A stretch of 50,263 nt of DNA from an uncultured Rhodoluna sp. (GCA_964633625.1 CAZWHL010000003.1:1-50263); one strand, 5' to 3'. Shown: positions 22,541 to 32,899, counted from the first letter of the stretch. The notes: generated by a model from the letters alone, not told the origin. Made by a program: numbers and translations.

Positions 22541-23857
22541 CTAATCGTGATCGTGACCCTCGTGGTCATCAACTACACCAGCATCAAGCTTGGTGAATTC
22601 GCTAAGGTCCACTTTGTTTCCCTTTGAATCGGTAACTTCGGCTGCATCAACAACAAAAGCCAGTGCCTTGCGACGTGAAACTTCAGCAACGAACATTGGC
22701 ACTTGGCCCTGTTCGCTAACAGTCTTGATGAAATCGTTTGGTGACATGCCGTACTGCTGAGATGCCTGAACCAGGTACTGAATTAGCTCCTGCTCATCAA
22801 CCTTGATTTCTTCTTTTTCTGCAATTGCATCAAGCACCATCTGTACTTTGAAGGACTTGGTGCTCTGCTCTAGAACTTCAGCGCGGTGCTTAGCGTCTTC
22901 AAGACGACCCTCGCCTTCCAAGTGACGGTGTACGTCAGCCTCAACAAGTTCTTCGGAAACTGGAACATCAATTAGTTCAAGCAATTTATCGGTTGCAAGA
23001 TCGCGAGCCTGAATTCCCTGTCCGTATGATTTTGAGCGCTCAATCTGCTTTTCCAGATCTGCCTTCAATTCCTTCAGGGTGTCGAACTCGGATGCCAACT
23101 GCGCGAACTTGTCGTCTGCAGCAGGAAGCTCACGTTCTTTAACCGCGGACAATTTCAAAGAGATCTCTGCTTCTTGGCCAGCCTTCTCGCCGCCAACCAG
23201 CTTTGACTTGAAAGTAGTCTCTTCGCCAGCGGTAAGGGTGTCTAGCGCTTCGTCGATTCCGTCAAGCAAGTTTCCCGAACCAATTTCGTACGAAATGTTC
23301 TCGGCAGTGTCAATGGTCTTGCCATCTACAACGGCCTTCAAATCAATAGTGGTGAAGTCACCCTTCTTGGCTGGGCGTTCAACGGTCTTTAGGCTGCCGA
23401 AGCGCGCGCGCAGTGCATCAAGCTCTGCCTCAAGTTCCTTGGATTCAACCTTAACGTCGTCAACCTTTAGCTTTAGGCCCTTGTACTCCTTGAGGTTTAG
23501 TTCTGGACGAACCTCAACTTCGATCTCAACAATCAAGTTGCCTGCAAAAGTCTTTTCATCTGGACTCTGCTTGATGTCAGCAGCTGGCTGACCAAGCGGG
23601 CGAAGCTTTGATTCCTCTAGCGCCTGACGGTAAATGGTGTCGAGACCATCGTTGATTGCGTGAGCAAGAATTGCCGGACGACCTACGCGCTGATCAAGAA
23701 TTGCTGCAGGAATTTTTCCCTTGCGGAAACCAGGAATGTTTACGGTTTCGGCAATGTGCTCGTATGCGTGATCAATGCTTGGACGAAACTCTTCTGGAGT
23801 TACCTCAATGGTTAGCTTCGCGCGAGTTGGCTTAATGCGATCAACAGCAGTTTTCAA
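22541..23857 (-). CDS. tig: Trigger factor
   Basis: IPGFRKGK ribosome-binding motif; true start TTG 23857 with GAGG RBS (the ORF-track extension runs through tRNA-Pro). Confidence 0.96.
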   Translation of the reverse strand: MKTAVDRIKPTRAKLTIEVTPEEFRPSIDHAYEHIAETVNIPGFRKGKIPAAILDQRVGRPAILAHAINDGLDTIYRQALEESKLRPLGQPAADIKQSPDEKTFAGNLIVEIEVEVRPELNLKEYKGLKLKVDDVKVESKELEAELDALRARFGSLKTVERPAKKGDFTTIDLKAVVDGKTIDTAENISYEIGSGNLLDGIDEALDTLTAGEETTFKSKLVGGEKAGQEAEISLKLSAVKERELPAADDKFAQLASEFDTLKELKADLEKQIERSKSYGQGIQARDLATDKLLELIDVPVSEELVEADVHRHLEGEGRLEDAKHRAEVLEQSTKSFKVQMVLDAIAEKEEIKVDEQELIQYLVQASQQYGMSPNDFIKTVSEQGQVPMFVAEVSRRKALAFVVDAAEVTDSKGNKVDLSEFTKLDAGVVDDHEGHDHD

Positions 23858-23921
23858 GGGCTCTTCCTCTGAAAAGGGCCCGCCTCCACTAGGAAGACGA
23901 GCCAGTTTTATTTCATAAATT

Positions 23922-23997
23922 TGGTCGGGGTGACAGGACTCGAACCTGCGATATCCTGCTCCCAAAGCAGGCGCGCTAGCCACTACGCTACACCCCG
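23922..23997 (-). tRNA. tRNA-Pro(TGG)
   Basis: CGGGGTGTAGCGTAGTGG...CCTGC-TTTGGGA-GCAGG...GGTTCGAGTCC...CCCCGACCA; CCA encoded. Confidence 0.97.
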
Positions 23998-24078
23998 GTT
24001 GTTTGAACAACCTTAGTGAGTCTATCCCATAGAATGGAGTGGTTGCGTCGGTTTTTGCGAAAAAACGGCCCAATACCC

Positions 24079-24152
24079 GCGGGCGTAGCTCAATGGTAGA
24101 GTCTCAGTCTTCCAAACTGATTGTGCGGGTTCGATTCCCGTCGCCCGCTCCA
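24079..24152 (+). tRNA. tRNA-Gly(TCC)
   Basis: GCGGGCGTAGCTCAATGG...TCAGT-CTTCCAA-ACTGA...GGTTCGATTCC...GCCCGCTCCA. Confidence 0.97.
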
Positions 24153-24183
24153 AAAGAAGACCTTCTTATTAGGTCTTCTTTTT
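24153..24183. terminator. Bidirectional terminator between tRNA-Gly and nei
   Basis: AAAGAAGACCT...AGGTCTTCTTT stem with flanking A/T tracts. Confidence 0.75.
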
Positions 24184-24216
24184 ATTTAATCTGAACACCG
24201 ATAGCGCGCACTGGCT

Positions 24217-25014
24217 TTACGCCTGACAGCTCACGCACCAGTAAAGCTTGCGAGCGGCCATTAGTTCCAGGGTGATGTTGGTGCCGCAGTTTCGGCATGG
24301 CAATCCTTCGCGCTTATAAACAAAGTTTCGGTCCTCTTTACTTGGGCCCTTGGTAAATAGTTCATCGCGCGTGATCATGAAGCCGGTTTTTACGCCAACT
24401 TGCAATAGTTTCACTGAGTCATGCCAAAGTTGAGTTAATTTCTCAACGCTCAAGTCGCTGCCGGGAGTATGCGGGCTGATTCCCGCCCTGAACAGAAGTT
24501 CGGCGCGATAAACATTGCCAATTCCGCTTACTACGTTCTGGTTCATCAAGGCCAGGCCTATCGGTGTTTTGCTTTTTGACACGCGGTAAATAAAGCGCTG
24601 AAGTTCCTTGCCACGCGGATTTGGGTTTAGCGGGTCAGGACCCAGGCGCTGTTCCACGGCAGCTACCTCGTGAAGATTAATCACTTCGCACACGGTTGGG
24701 CCTCGAAGATCTGCCAAGGCATGCGAGTTGCTGAATCTGGCCCGAACCTGACCGGTTGCCTCTGGCAATTCTCCATCGTGTCTAGAGAATGACCATTTTC
24801 CGTAAATGCCTAGGTGGATTCGCAATGTGAGTTCGTTGTTGAACTCAAGGAACATCTGCTTTCCAATTGCGCGAGAGTTAGCCAAGGTTTGACCAGACAC
24901 CGATTTTGCGCCAGCGGCAAATCTGCCCTGCGGCGATTCGACCGTTATTGGTTCGCCAGCAAAAAGTTCGTTGAACTGATTCGCCGTTCGATGAACGGTA
25001 TGTCCTTCAGGCAT
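24217..25014 (-). CDS. nei: Fpg/Nei family DNA glycosylase
   Basis: N-terminal PEGH, GIGNVYRAE (H2TH), C-terminal CRNC...CVSCQ Zn finger. Confidence 0.93.
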   Translation of the reverse strand: MPEGHTVHRTANQFNELFAGEPITVESPQGRFAAGAKSVSGQTLANSRAIGKQMFLEFNNELTLRIHLGIYGKWSFSRHDGELPEATGQVRARFSNSHALADLRGPTVCEVINLHEVAAVEQRLGPDPLNPNPRGKELQRFIYRVSKSKTPIGLALMNQNVVSGIGNVYRAELLFRAGISPHTPGSDLSVEKLTQLWHDSVKLLQVGVKTGFMITRDELFTKGPSKEDRNFVYKREGLPCRNCGTNITLELMAARKLYWCVSCQA

Positions 25015-25017
25015 TTA

Positions 25018-25488
25018 TTAAAGGATGTCGCCAGTCTGCTCGTAGGCTCCGATTTTGCCGATGCGACGCACGTGACGTTCGTCGTTGCTAAACGGTTCGG
25101 AAATAAAGAGCTCAATCAGGTGCAGGACTTCGTCTTGGCTGTGCTGACGGGCACCAACCGCAATCACATTGGCATCGTTGTGCTCGCGAGCCAATTTTGC
25201 GGTGGATTCGTTCCACGCAAGCGCCGCGCGAATTCCCTTTACCTTGTTTGCAGCAATCTGCTCGCCGTTGCCCGAGCCACCAAGAACAATTCCAAGCGCC
25301 TGTGCGCCGGCCTGCTCGTCGGCAACTACAGCCAGTGCCGCGTTGATGCAGAAGCTTGGGTAATCATCAAGCGGATCGTATGAAGTTGGCCCGTGATCAA
25401 AAACCTCATGACCCTGCTTAGTTAATTCACGAATTAGAAAGTGACTAAGTTCTAGGCCGGCATGATCAGTGGCAATGTGAATTCGCAT
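25018..25488 (-). CDS. rpiB: Ribose-5-phosphate isomerase B
   Basis: DHAG, DDYP, GGSGNGEQIAANKV, AREHNDAN, RHVRRI. Confidence 0.96.
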   Translation of the reverse strand: MRIHIATDHAGLELSHFLIRELTKQGHEVFDHGPTSYDPLDDYPSFCINAALAVVADEQAGAQALGIVLGGSGNGEQIAANKVKGIRAALAWNESTAKLAREHNDANVIAVGARQHSQDEVLHLIELFISEPFSNDERHVRRIGKIGAYEQTGDIL

Positions 25489-25559
25489 ACGCTCAGTTTA
25501 AGCCCGAATTACCTGAGCAGTAGGCTAGCCCTAGAAATTCAACGAACTACGGAGCCCCC

Positions 25560-28115
25560 ATGCCTGGCGAAAACCTAACTCGAATCGAAGCCCAAGAGCG
25601 TGCTTCACTGATCAATGTCTTGAGTTACGAAATCCATTTGGACTTGACCACCGATGAAAAAACTTTTGCTTCAACCACCAAGGTGAAGTTTTCGGCAAAC
25701 CAGGCGGGCGCCAGCACTTTTATTGACGCCATCACCTCCTCTGTAGAGCGAGTTGTCTTAAACGGAGTTGAACAGAACGTGGCCAAGGTATCCGACGGCG
25801 TGCGAATTCAACTTAATGGGCTTGCTGCGGAAAACGAACTTATTGTCGAGGCAACCGCAAACTACATGAACACCGGTGAGGGGTTGCACCGATTCGTTGA
25901 CCCAGTAGACAACGAGGTTTATCTGTATACCCAGTTCGAGGTTCCTGATTCTCGCCGCGTGTTCGCAGTATTCGAACAACCAGATCTGAAGGCAACGTTT
26001 CAATTCAATGTGACTGCCCCTTCTTACTGGAAGGTTGTTTCAAACCAGAGCACGCCTACCCCAGTGAGAATTGATGATCAGAAGTCGGTTTGGAACTTCA
26101 GCCCAACGCCAATCATCTCTAGTTACATCACTGCCCTTATTGCCGGACCCTACGTTGAGACCCGCAGCGAACTAACGAGCGCTAGTGGGCGGGTGATTCC
26201 GCTGGGTGTGTTCAGTCGTGCATCGCTTTCTGAGTTCATGGACGCGGACTATGTTTTTGAAAAAACTCGCCAAGGCTTTGAATTTTACGAAAAAGCTTTT
26301 GACCAGCCTTATCCGTTTGAGAAATACGATCAACTCTTCGTTCCCGAATTCAACGCGGGTGCCATGGAAAATGCCGGTGCAGTTACCTTCACCGAGAGCT
26401 ATGTGTTCCGTTCAAAAGTTACGGATGCCATCCGTGAACGCCGCGTAGTCACGATTCTGCACGAGCTGGCCCACATGTGGTTTGGCGACTTGGTGACCAT
26501 GAAGTGGTGGAATGACCTTTGGCTAAACGAATCATTTGCCGAATACGCATCAACTCTTGCCACTGCAGAAGCCACCGAATGGCACGGCGCTTGGACAACT
26601 TTCACCGCACTAGAGAAGTCTTGGGCCTACCGTCAGGATCAGCTGCCATCTACTCACCCAATCGTTGCCGAGATCAATGACCTTGAAGATGTTCAAGTTA
26701 ATTTTGACGGCATCACCTATGCAAAGGGCGCATCTGTACTAAAGCAATTGGTTGCCTGGGTTGGTCAAGAAAAATTCCTTGCCGGTGTTTCCAACTACTT
26801 CAAGAAGCACGCCTACCAGAACACAGAACTTAACGACCTACTGGTTGAGCTAGAGGCCACATCTGGACGCGAGCTGCGCAGCTGGTCAAAACTTTGGCTT
26901 GAGACTGCAGGTGTAAATACTTTGCGCCCAGAAATTAGTGTCGATGCCGAAGGCAAAATTAGTGCCTTCACGGTAACTCAAACCGCGGTCGCCGAGCACC
27001 CAACTCTTCGACCACACCGCATGGCAATTGGTTTCTACGACCTAGTGGCGGGAAAACTTCAGCGAGTGCATCGTGTTGAAATTGACATCGATGGCGCACG
27101 AACCGAAATTGCCGAACTGGTTGGACTGCAGCAACCAGACCTAGTGCTACTAAACGATGATGATTTGGCTTATGCAAAGATTCGTCTAGACGATAGGTCA
27201 TGGAAGTTTGCGCTTGAAAACCTTGCACTCTTTGAAGATTCACTGGCTCGCACACTGATTTGGGGTGCGGCTTGGGATGCCACCCGCGATGCCGAGGCTA
27301 GCCCCCGTGAATTCGTCAAACTAGTTCTCAACAACATTGGCAGCGAAACCGAATCAACGACGATGTTGACTCTGCTTCGCCAACTGGTAACCACAGCAAA
27401 TACCTTCGTTGCGCCGGAGTTCCGTGAGGCGACCACAACACAAATTGGTGCCAGACTTCTGAAGTTGGCGCGCGAGGCAAAACCTGGTTCTGATGCGCAA
27501 TTGCAGTTCGTGAAGTTCTTTGCGGTATTCGCCAACTCGCCAGAACTGCTCGATGCACTTGCTGATCTGCGCGAAGGCAAATTGAAACTCGATGGCTTGA
27601 AGATTGATGCCGATCTGACTTGGGAACTACTTGCCGGCCTTGTGGTTGGCGGTCGCGCAAATGGTGAAGCAATCGATCAGCAACTTGCTCTAGACAACAC
27701 CTCGAACGGTCAAAAAGCAGCTGCTGGTGCTCGCGCTATGTTGCCGACGGCTGAAGACAAGGCAAAGGCATGGCACACCCTCACTCAGACTCACGAGTTG
27801 TCGAACATTTTGGTTGATGCCGCCAGCCTGGGCTTCGTCAGAGTCGCTGATGCATCCCTGCTCGAGCCGTACGTGAATCAGTATTTTGAAAATGCGGTGC
27901 GCATCTGGAACAGCAACACCTTCAAGATTGCCGAGTACCTTATCGAAAACCTTTATCCGCTACCGCTTGCTAGCCAGCAGCTTGCTGAAAGTACCAAGAC
28001 ATGGATTAACGACGCCAAAGTAAAGGAAATCCCAGCTCTACGTAGAATTTTGGTTGAGTCACTTGCCAATGTGGAACGAGCCTTACAAGCCCAACAGCGA
28101 GACCTTCGAAACTAA
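25560..28115 (+). CDS. pepN: Aminopeptidase N (M1 family)
   Basis: GAMEN, HELAH...NESFA, YAKG. Confidence 0.97.
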   Translation: MPGENLTRIEAQERASLINVLSYEIHLDLTTDEKTFASTTKVKFSANQAGASTFIDAITSSVERVVLNGVEQNVAKVSDGVRIQLNGLAAENELIVEATANYMNTGEGLHRFVDPVDNEVYLYTQFEVPDSRRVFAVFEQPDLKATFQFNVTAPSYWKVVSNQSTPTPVRIDDQKSVWNFSPTPIISSYITALIAGPYVETRSELTSASGRVIPLGVFSRASLSEFMDADYVFEKTRQGFEFYEKAFDQPYPFEKYDQLFVPEFNAGAMENAGAVTFTESYVFRSKVTDAIRERRVVTILHELAHMWFGDLVTMKWWNDLWLNESFAEYASTLATAEATEWHGAWTTFTALEKSWAYRQDQLPSTHPIVAEINDLEDVQVNFDGITYAKGASVLKQLVAWVGQEKFLAGVSNYFKKHAYQNTELNDLLVELEATSGRELRSWSKLWLETAGVNTLRPEISVDAEGKISAFTVTQTAVAEHPTLRPHRMAIGFYDLVAGKLQRVHRVEIDIDGARTEIAELVGLQQPDLVLLNDDDLAYAKIRLDDRSWKFALENLALFEDSLARTLIWGAAWDATRDAEASPREFVKLVLNNIGSETESTTMLTLLRQLVTTANTFVAPEFREATTTQIGARLLKLAREAKPGSDAQLQFVKFFAVFANSPELLDALADLREGKLKLDGLKIDADLTWELLAGLVVGGRANGEAIDQQLALDNTSNGQKAAAGARAMLPTAEDKAKAWHTLTQTHELSNILVDAASLGFVRVADASLLEPYVNQYFENAVRIWNSNTFKIAEYLIENLYPLPLASQQLAESTKTWINDAKVKEIPALRRILVESLANVERALQAQQRDLRN

Positions 28116-28126
28116 ACGAGAGAAAA

Positions 28127-28723
28127 ATGAGTTCATACGAAACCCTGGTGCAGTGGTTGCAAACCGCTTGGCATGACTGGTCAACACTGATTCGAATTGC
28201 TCTGATCATCATTGGCTCAATCGTGCTGCGTGCAATCCTGTTGGTATCAGTGAAGCGAATTGTTCGCGGCATAACCGCTGGCGCAAAAAAGAACGGTAAC
28301 GGTAAAACTCTTGCCGCCTCTTTAAACCCGGCACGTCTAGTGCTGCGCGCCAGGACTCTTGGATCTGTCCTTAGCAACTTCATCACTTGGAGCATTTACA
28401 TAATTGCCGCCACAATGTTGCTAAGTGAGCTTGGTGTTGCAGTTGGCGCATTGATCGCCGGTGCCGGAATCCTTGGCGCGGCACTTGGGTTTGGTGCGCA
28501 GAACATCGTGCGCGATTTGCTATCGGGGTTGTTCATTGTCTTTGAAGACCAATACGGAATTGGCGACAAGGTTGATCTTGGCGAGGCTAGCGGAGTAGTT
28601 GAAAGCGTGGGCTTGCGAATCACGCAGGTGCGCGACACAAAGGGCACACTTTGGTATGTGCGCAATGGAGAGATCCTGCGCGTTGGAAACTTGTCACACA
28701 AGTCATCGCAAAAGGCTAAGTAA
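28127..28723 (+). CDS. Small-conductance mechanosensitive channel (MscS family, short)
   Basis: LGFGAQNIVRD..SG.F, GD.V, GVVESVGLRIT; ends shortly after the beta domain. Confidence 0.88.
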   Translation: MSSYETLVQWLQTAWHDWSTLIRIALIIIGSIVLRAILLVSVKRIVRGITAGAKKNGNGKTLAASLNPARLVLRARTLGSVLSNFITWSIYIIAATMLLSELGVAVGALIAGAGILGAALGFGAQNIVRDLLSGLFIVFEDQYGIGDKVDLGEASGVVESVGLRITQVRDTKGTLWYVRNGEILRVGNLSHKSSQKAK

Positions 28724-29173
28724 TTGTCAAACGGTTTCGAAGATGCCGCTCGCGTTGAGACTGTTCGTATCCGAGGCTTAAGCGGCGAAACCACTGGTGG
28801 AAATTTCTATGAACTAGTAGGTGGCAAAGAAACTTTTAAGAAGATCGCCAATAAATTTTACGAGGGTGTGGCTTCTGATGAGGTGTTACGTCCAATGTAC
28901 CCAGAAGAAGACCTTGGTCCAGCTGCCGAACGGTTGCAGCTTTTTCTTGAGCAGTACTGGGGCGGGCCGACTACCTATCAAGAACTTCGCGGGCATCCGC
29001 GACTGCGAATGCGTCACAATCCATTCAAAATAAATCCCGATGCGCGCGAGCGTTGGTTAAGACACATGCGCGTTGCAGTTGAATCGGTGGGGCTGAGCCA
29101 GCTGCACGAGGCGGAACTCTGGGCCTATCTTGAGCGCGCTGCTACGGCGATGCTCAACTCTTTCGAAGACTAA
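28724..29173 (+). CDS. glbO: Group II truncated haemoglobin
   Basis: FYELVGG, LRPMYP, QYWGGP, RGHPRLRMRH. Confidence 0.93.
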   Translation: MSNGFEDAARVETVRIRGLSGETTGGNFYELVGGKETFKKIANKFYEGVASDEVLRPMYPEEDLGPAAERLQLFLEQYWGGPTTYQELRGHPRLRMRHNPFKINPDARERWLRHMRVAVESVGLSQLHEAELWAYLERAATAMLNSFED

Positions 29174-29836
29174 TTAAAATTTCGTCGCGGCTTTAGCCAG
29201 CACGTGACCATGTTCGCTGCTTAGGCGAATCCAGCCCTCTGCCTGATAAAGGCCAACTTCTTCGTTCTCGGTTAGAAAACCCAAGCCCGCAGCTGCAAAT
29301 GCTGCACCAGTTGGAATCTTGCTTTCTAAGTCAATACCTCGGCCCCAAATTTCACCGCGTATGCGTGCAGCAATTGGTCCACCAACTGATCCCGGCAATG
29401 ATGCAGCAACTTCAGCAATTCCGTCTCGAGCAATCTGAGTTAGTTGATTTTCGTTTATGGTGCCAACCTGTTCCCAACCTTGGCGTGGCGGCGAAATTCC
29501 CGCCCACGGTGCACGCTGAGTTTCAATCAGTTGAATTTTGAATTCCTTGGCATCCGGTTCACCGAGCAATCGAGCAAGACGCTCTTGAACCGCACTTATC
29601 GGCACCAGCGCATCGACCTCGGCAGGTGCAGCAAGCTCACAGGTTCGCAATCCCAAAACCGTAGGTCCAGAATCCATTAGGTTCCCAGCAAAGATTGGGG
29701 CGACGTAGGCTGCCAGTACTTCGCCAAATGCTCTTAAGCGAACTAGCCCATCTGGGTCTAGGCGTTTGGCACGCGCCAAATACGACTGCAAGTCGGCGGC
29801 AGTTTGCTCGTCGGCAAGAATGAAGGGATTAATCAT
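29174..29836 (-). CDS. Conserved actinobacterial hypothetical protein
   Basis: 220-aa ORF with WAGISPPR and GAAFAAAGLGFL; typical neighbour of glbO. Confidence 0.75.
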   Translation of the reverse strand: MINPFILADEQTAADLQSYLARAKRLDPDGLVRLRAFGEVLAAYVAPIFAGNLMDSGPTVLGLRTCELAAPAEVDALVPISAVQERLARLLGEPDAKEFKIQLIETQRAPWAGISPPRQGWEQVGTINENQLTQIARDGIAEVAASLPGSVGGPIAARIRGEIWGRGIDLESKIPTGAAFAAAGLGFLTENEEVGLYQAEGWIRLSSEHGHVLAKAATKF

Positions 29837-29875
29837 GACGTCTCTAAACTAACGCCAGAATGGCAAAATAGAAAA

Positions 29876-31231
29876 ATGATCAATCGTGAAAAGCTTGCCA
29901 TCCTTAATCAGCGTGAGCAACAAACCTTTTTAGCACGTAACCCAAAGTCAAAAGCGGCCTTTGAGAATGCCGACCATCTTTTTGGCAAGGTACCAATGAC
30001 GTGGATGAACAAGAAAGCCGGTGGTTTTCCGATTTACCTTGAACGCGCTGTTGGTAACCGCATCTGGGACATCGATGGCAACGAATACATTGACTTTGCA
30101 CTTGGAGACACCGGTGCAATGGCGGGTCACTCGGCACCAGAGGTTGTTGATGCAATCACCCACCGCGTAAAAGATCTAGGTGGCCTAACCACAATGCTTC
30201 CAACTGAAGACGCAGAGTGGGTTGCAAAAAACTTGAGCGAGCGTTTTGGAATGGCCAAGTGGAGCTTCTCGCTAACCGCCACTGATGCAAATCGTTGGGC
30301 AATTCGTTTGGTGAGAGCAATCACCGGAAAACCAAAAATACTTTTCAATGCCTACTGCTACCACGGCTCAGTAGATGAGGCACTTATCGTGGTTGGTCAA
30401 GACGGTGAAGGCATGAGTCGCCCAGGCAACGTTGGCTCCCCTGTTGATGTAACTCACACTTCGCGTGTTGCCGAATTCAATGACCTTGCCGGCTTAGAAC
30501 GTCAATTAAAAAACGGTGACGTAGCCGCGGTACTGATGGAACCTGCGCTAACCAACATTGGAATCGTTTTGCCAGAACCTGGTTACCTGCAAGGCGTACG
30601 CGAACTTACTCGCAAGTACGACGCTCTACTGATCATCGATGAGACCCACACATTTTCTGCGGGTTACGGCGGCATGACCAAGCGCGACAACCTTGAACCG
30701 GATGTCTTTGTGATCGGCAAGGCAATTGCCGGTGGAATTCCAACTGGCACCTATGGCCTTAGCACTCACCTAGCAGAAAAGATCTTGAGTCGCACCGATC
30801 TTGACTTGGTTGACATGGGTGGTGTTGGTGGAACTCTTGCCGGGAACCCGCTACAAGTTGCCGCGATGCGTGCGACTCTAGAACAGGTACTCACCGAAGA
30901 CAACTTTAAATACATGATTGACCTAGCTACCGTGTTTACCGATGGAGTTAACGAGCTCTTCGACAAATACAACTTGCCTTGGTCGATCAACCAACTTGGG
31001 GCTCGCGCGGAATATCGTTTTGCGAAGCCTTACCCAAAAACCGGCACCGATGCCTTCCACGCCGCTGATGCTGAGTTGGAAGATTACCTACACGTCTATC
31101 TGGCGAACCGTGGAATCATGCTTACGCCATTCCACAACATGGCGCTGATGTGTCCAACCACCACTTTGGCTGACGTTGAAAAGCACCACGAAGTTTTCGA
31201 AGAAGCAATCAAAGAATTAGTCGCGGGTTAG
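29876..31231 (+). CDS. Class III PLP aminotransferase (GSA-aminomutase-like, substrate unknown)
   Basis: WDIDGNEYID, YHG, LIIDETHT, GKAIAGG, GTLAGNP; start reassigned to ATG 29876. Confidence 0.85.
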   Translation: MINREKLAILNQREQQTFLARNPKSKAAFENADHLFGKVPMTWMNKKAGGFPIYLERAVGNRIWDIDGNEYIDFALGDTGAMAGHSAPEVVDAITHRVKDLGGLTTMLPTEDAEWVAKNLSERFGMAKWSFSLTATDANRWAIRLVRAITGKPKILFNAYCYHGSVDEALIVVGQDGEGMSRPGNVGSPVDVTHTSRVAEFNDLAGLERQLKNGDVAAVLMEPALTNIGIVLPEPGYLQGVRELTRKYDALLIIDETHTFSAGYGGMTKRDNLEPDVFVIGKAIAGGIPTGTYGLSTHLAEKILSRTDLDLVDMGGVGGTLAGNPLQVAAMRATLEQVLTEDNFKYMIDLATVFTDGVNELFDKYNLPWSINQLGARAEYRFAKPYPKTGTDAFHAADAELEDYLHVYLANRGIMLTPFHNMALMCPTTTLADVEKHHEVFEEAIKELVAG

Positions 31232-32899
31232 ACGACGGTAAGTTGATCGGTGTGGCTTAGCTGCATCTGGACCAAGGCGAGCGATCTTGTTTTCCTCGTA
31301 CGCTTCAAAGTTTCCTTCGAACCAGTACCAGTTGTCTGGGTTGTCGTCTGTACCTTCGTAAGCCAAGATGTGCGAGGCAACGCGGTCTAGGAACCAGCGG
31401 TCGTGCGTGATGACCACGGCACAGCCCGGAAATTCTAAAAGTGCGTTTTCAAGAGAACCAAGAGTTTCAACATCCAAGTCGTTCGTAGGTTCGTCCAGCA
31501 ACAATACGTTGCCACCCTCTTTGAGAGTAAGCGCCAAGTTCAAACGGTTGCGCTCACCTCCGGATAGGACTCCAGCGGGCTTCTGCTGATCTGGACCCTT
31601 GAAACCAAATGCCGCAACGTATGCACGCGAAGGCATTTCTTGATTACCAACCTGCATAAAGTCCAGGCCGCCAGAAACAACTTCCCAAAGAGTTTTGTTT
31701 GGGTCAATGCCACCGCGTGACTGGTCAACGTATGAAATCTTTACGGTCTCACCAATCTTCAGGTCACCGCCATCAAGTTTTTCTAGACCAACGATGGTCT
31801 TGAACAACGTTGACTTTCCAACACCGTTTGGGCCAATCACACCAACGATTCCGTTGCGTGGCAAGCTGAACGACAAGCCATTAATCAGTGATCGACCCTC
31901 GAAGCCCTTTTGAATATTCTTTGCCTCAATCACGATGTCACCTAGTCGAGGACCCATCGGAATTTGAATTTCTTCAAAATCCAACTTTCTAGTGCGATCC
32001 GCCTCGGCTGCCATTTCTTCGTAGCGAGCCAAACGAGCCTTTGATTTAGTCTGACGGGCCTTTGAAGATGAACGAACCCATTCAAGTTCTTCGCTCAATC
32101 GCTTTGCCAACTTGGCGTCCTTTTTTCCCTGAACTTCAAGACGCTCGCGCTTTTTCTCTAGGTAGGTTGAGTAGTTGCCCTCGTATGGGTAGGCGCGTCC
32201 TCGGTCAAGTTCCAAAATCCACTCTGCAACGTTGTCCAAGAAGTAACGGTCGTGCGTCACAGCAAGTACGGCACCAGGGTACTTGGCTAAATGCTGCTCC
32301 AACCATAAAACCGATTCGGCGTCTAGGTGGTTTGTAGGTTCGTCAAGAAGAAGAAGATCTGGCTTCTCCAAAAGCAACTTACAAAGTGCAACACGGCGAC
32401 GCTCACCACCAGAGAGTGAGGTAACCGGTGAGTCGCTTGGCGGGCAACGCAGCGCATCCATTGCCTGCTCTAGTTGTGAATCAAGATCCCACGCATCAAG
32501 GTGGTCAATCTGCTCCTGGAGCGTACCCATTTCAGCAAGTAGCGCATCAAAGTCGGCATCCGGCTCGGCCATCAGGGCAGAAATTTCATTGAAGCGATCT
32601 AGCTTTGCTTTGGTTTCCTTAACTGCAAGCTCTACGTTGCCTAGCACTGTTAGTGACTCATCAAGCGGTGGCTCTTGCATCAAGATGCCAACGGTGTACT
32701 CAGGGCTAAGGCGTGCTTCACCATTGGAAGGTGTGTCAAGGCCAGCCATAATCTTCAAAACGGTTGACTTTCCAGCACCGTTTGGGCCAACCACACCGAT
32801 TTTTGCGCCTGGAATAAACGCCAAGGTTACGTCGTCAAGAATTACCTTGTCGCCATGCGCTTTACGCGCCTTGATCATCTGGTAGATGAATTCAGCCAT
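31217..32899 (-). CDS. ettA: Energy-dependent translational throttle protein (ABC-F)
   Basis: Two ABC domains (GPNGAGKS, GPNGVGKS, LSGGE x2), ELEWVR, WYWFEGNF. Confidence 0.97.
   Translation of the reverse strand: MAEFIYQMIKARKAHGDKVILDDVTLAFIPGAKIGVVGPNGAGKSTVLKIMAGLDTPSNGEARLSPEYTVGILMQEPPLDESLTVLGNVELAVKETKAKLDRFNEISALMAEPDADFDALLAEMGTLQEQIDHLDAWDLDSQLEQAMDALRCPPSDSPVTSLSGGERRRVALCKLLLEKPDLLLLDEPTNHLDAESVLWLEQHLAKYPGAVLAVTHDRYFLDNVAEWILELDRGRAYPYEGNYSTYLEKKRERLEVQGKKDAKLAKRLSEELEWVRSSSKARQTKSKARLARYEEMAAEADRTRKLDFEEIQIPMGPRLGDIVIEAKNIQKGFEGRSLINGLSFSLPRNGIVGVIGPNGVGKSTLFKTIVGLEKLDGGDLKIGETVKISYVDQSRGGIDPNKTLWEVVSGGLDFMQVGNQEMPSRAYVAAFGFKGPDQQKPAGVLSGGERNRLNLALTLKEGGNVLLLDEPTNDLDVETLGSLENALLEFPGCAVVITHDRWFLDRVASHILAYEGTDDNPDNWYWFEGNFEAYEENKIARLGPDAAKPHRSTYRRLTRD

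Noticed and set aside
23858-24073. 72-aa N-terminal extension of trigger factor
   Set aside because: Frame runs through tRNA-Pro by chance; homology and RBS begin at TTG 23857
32283-32885. Long antisense ORFs opposite conserved genes (also 18922-19455, 23079-23591, 24814-25383, 37344-37847, 38548-39045)
   Set aside because: Expected shadows from codon bias in well-supported genes
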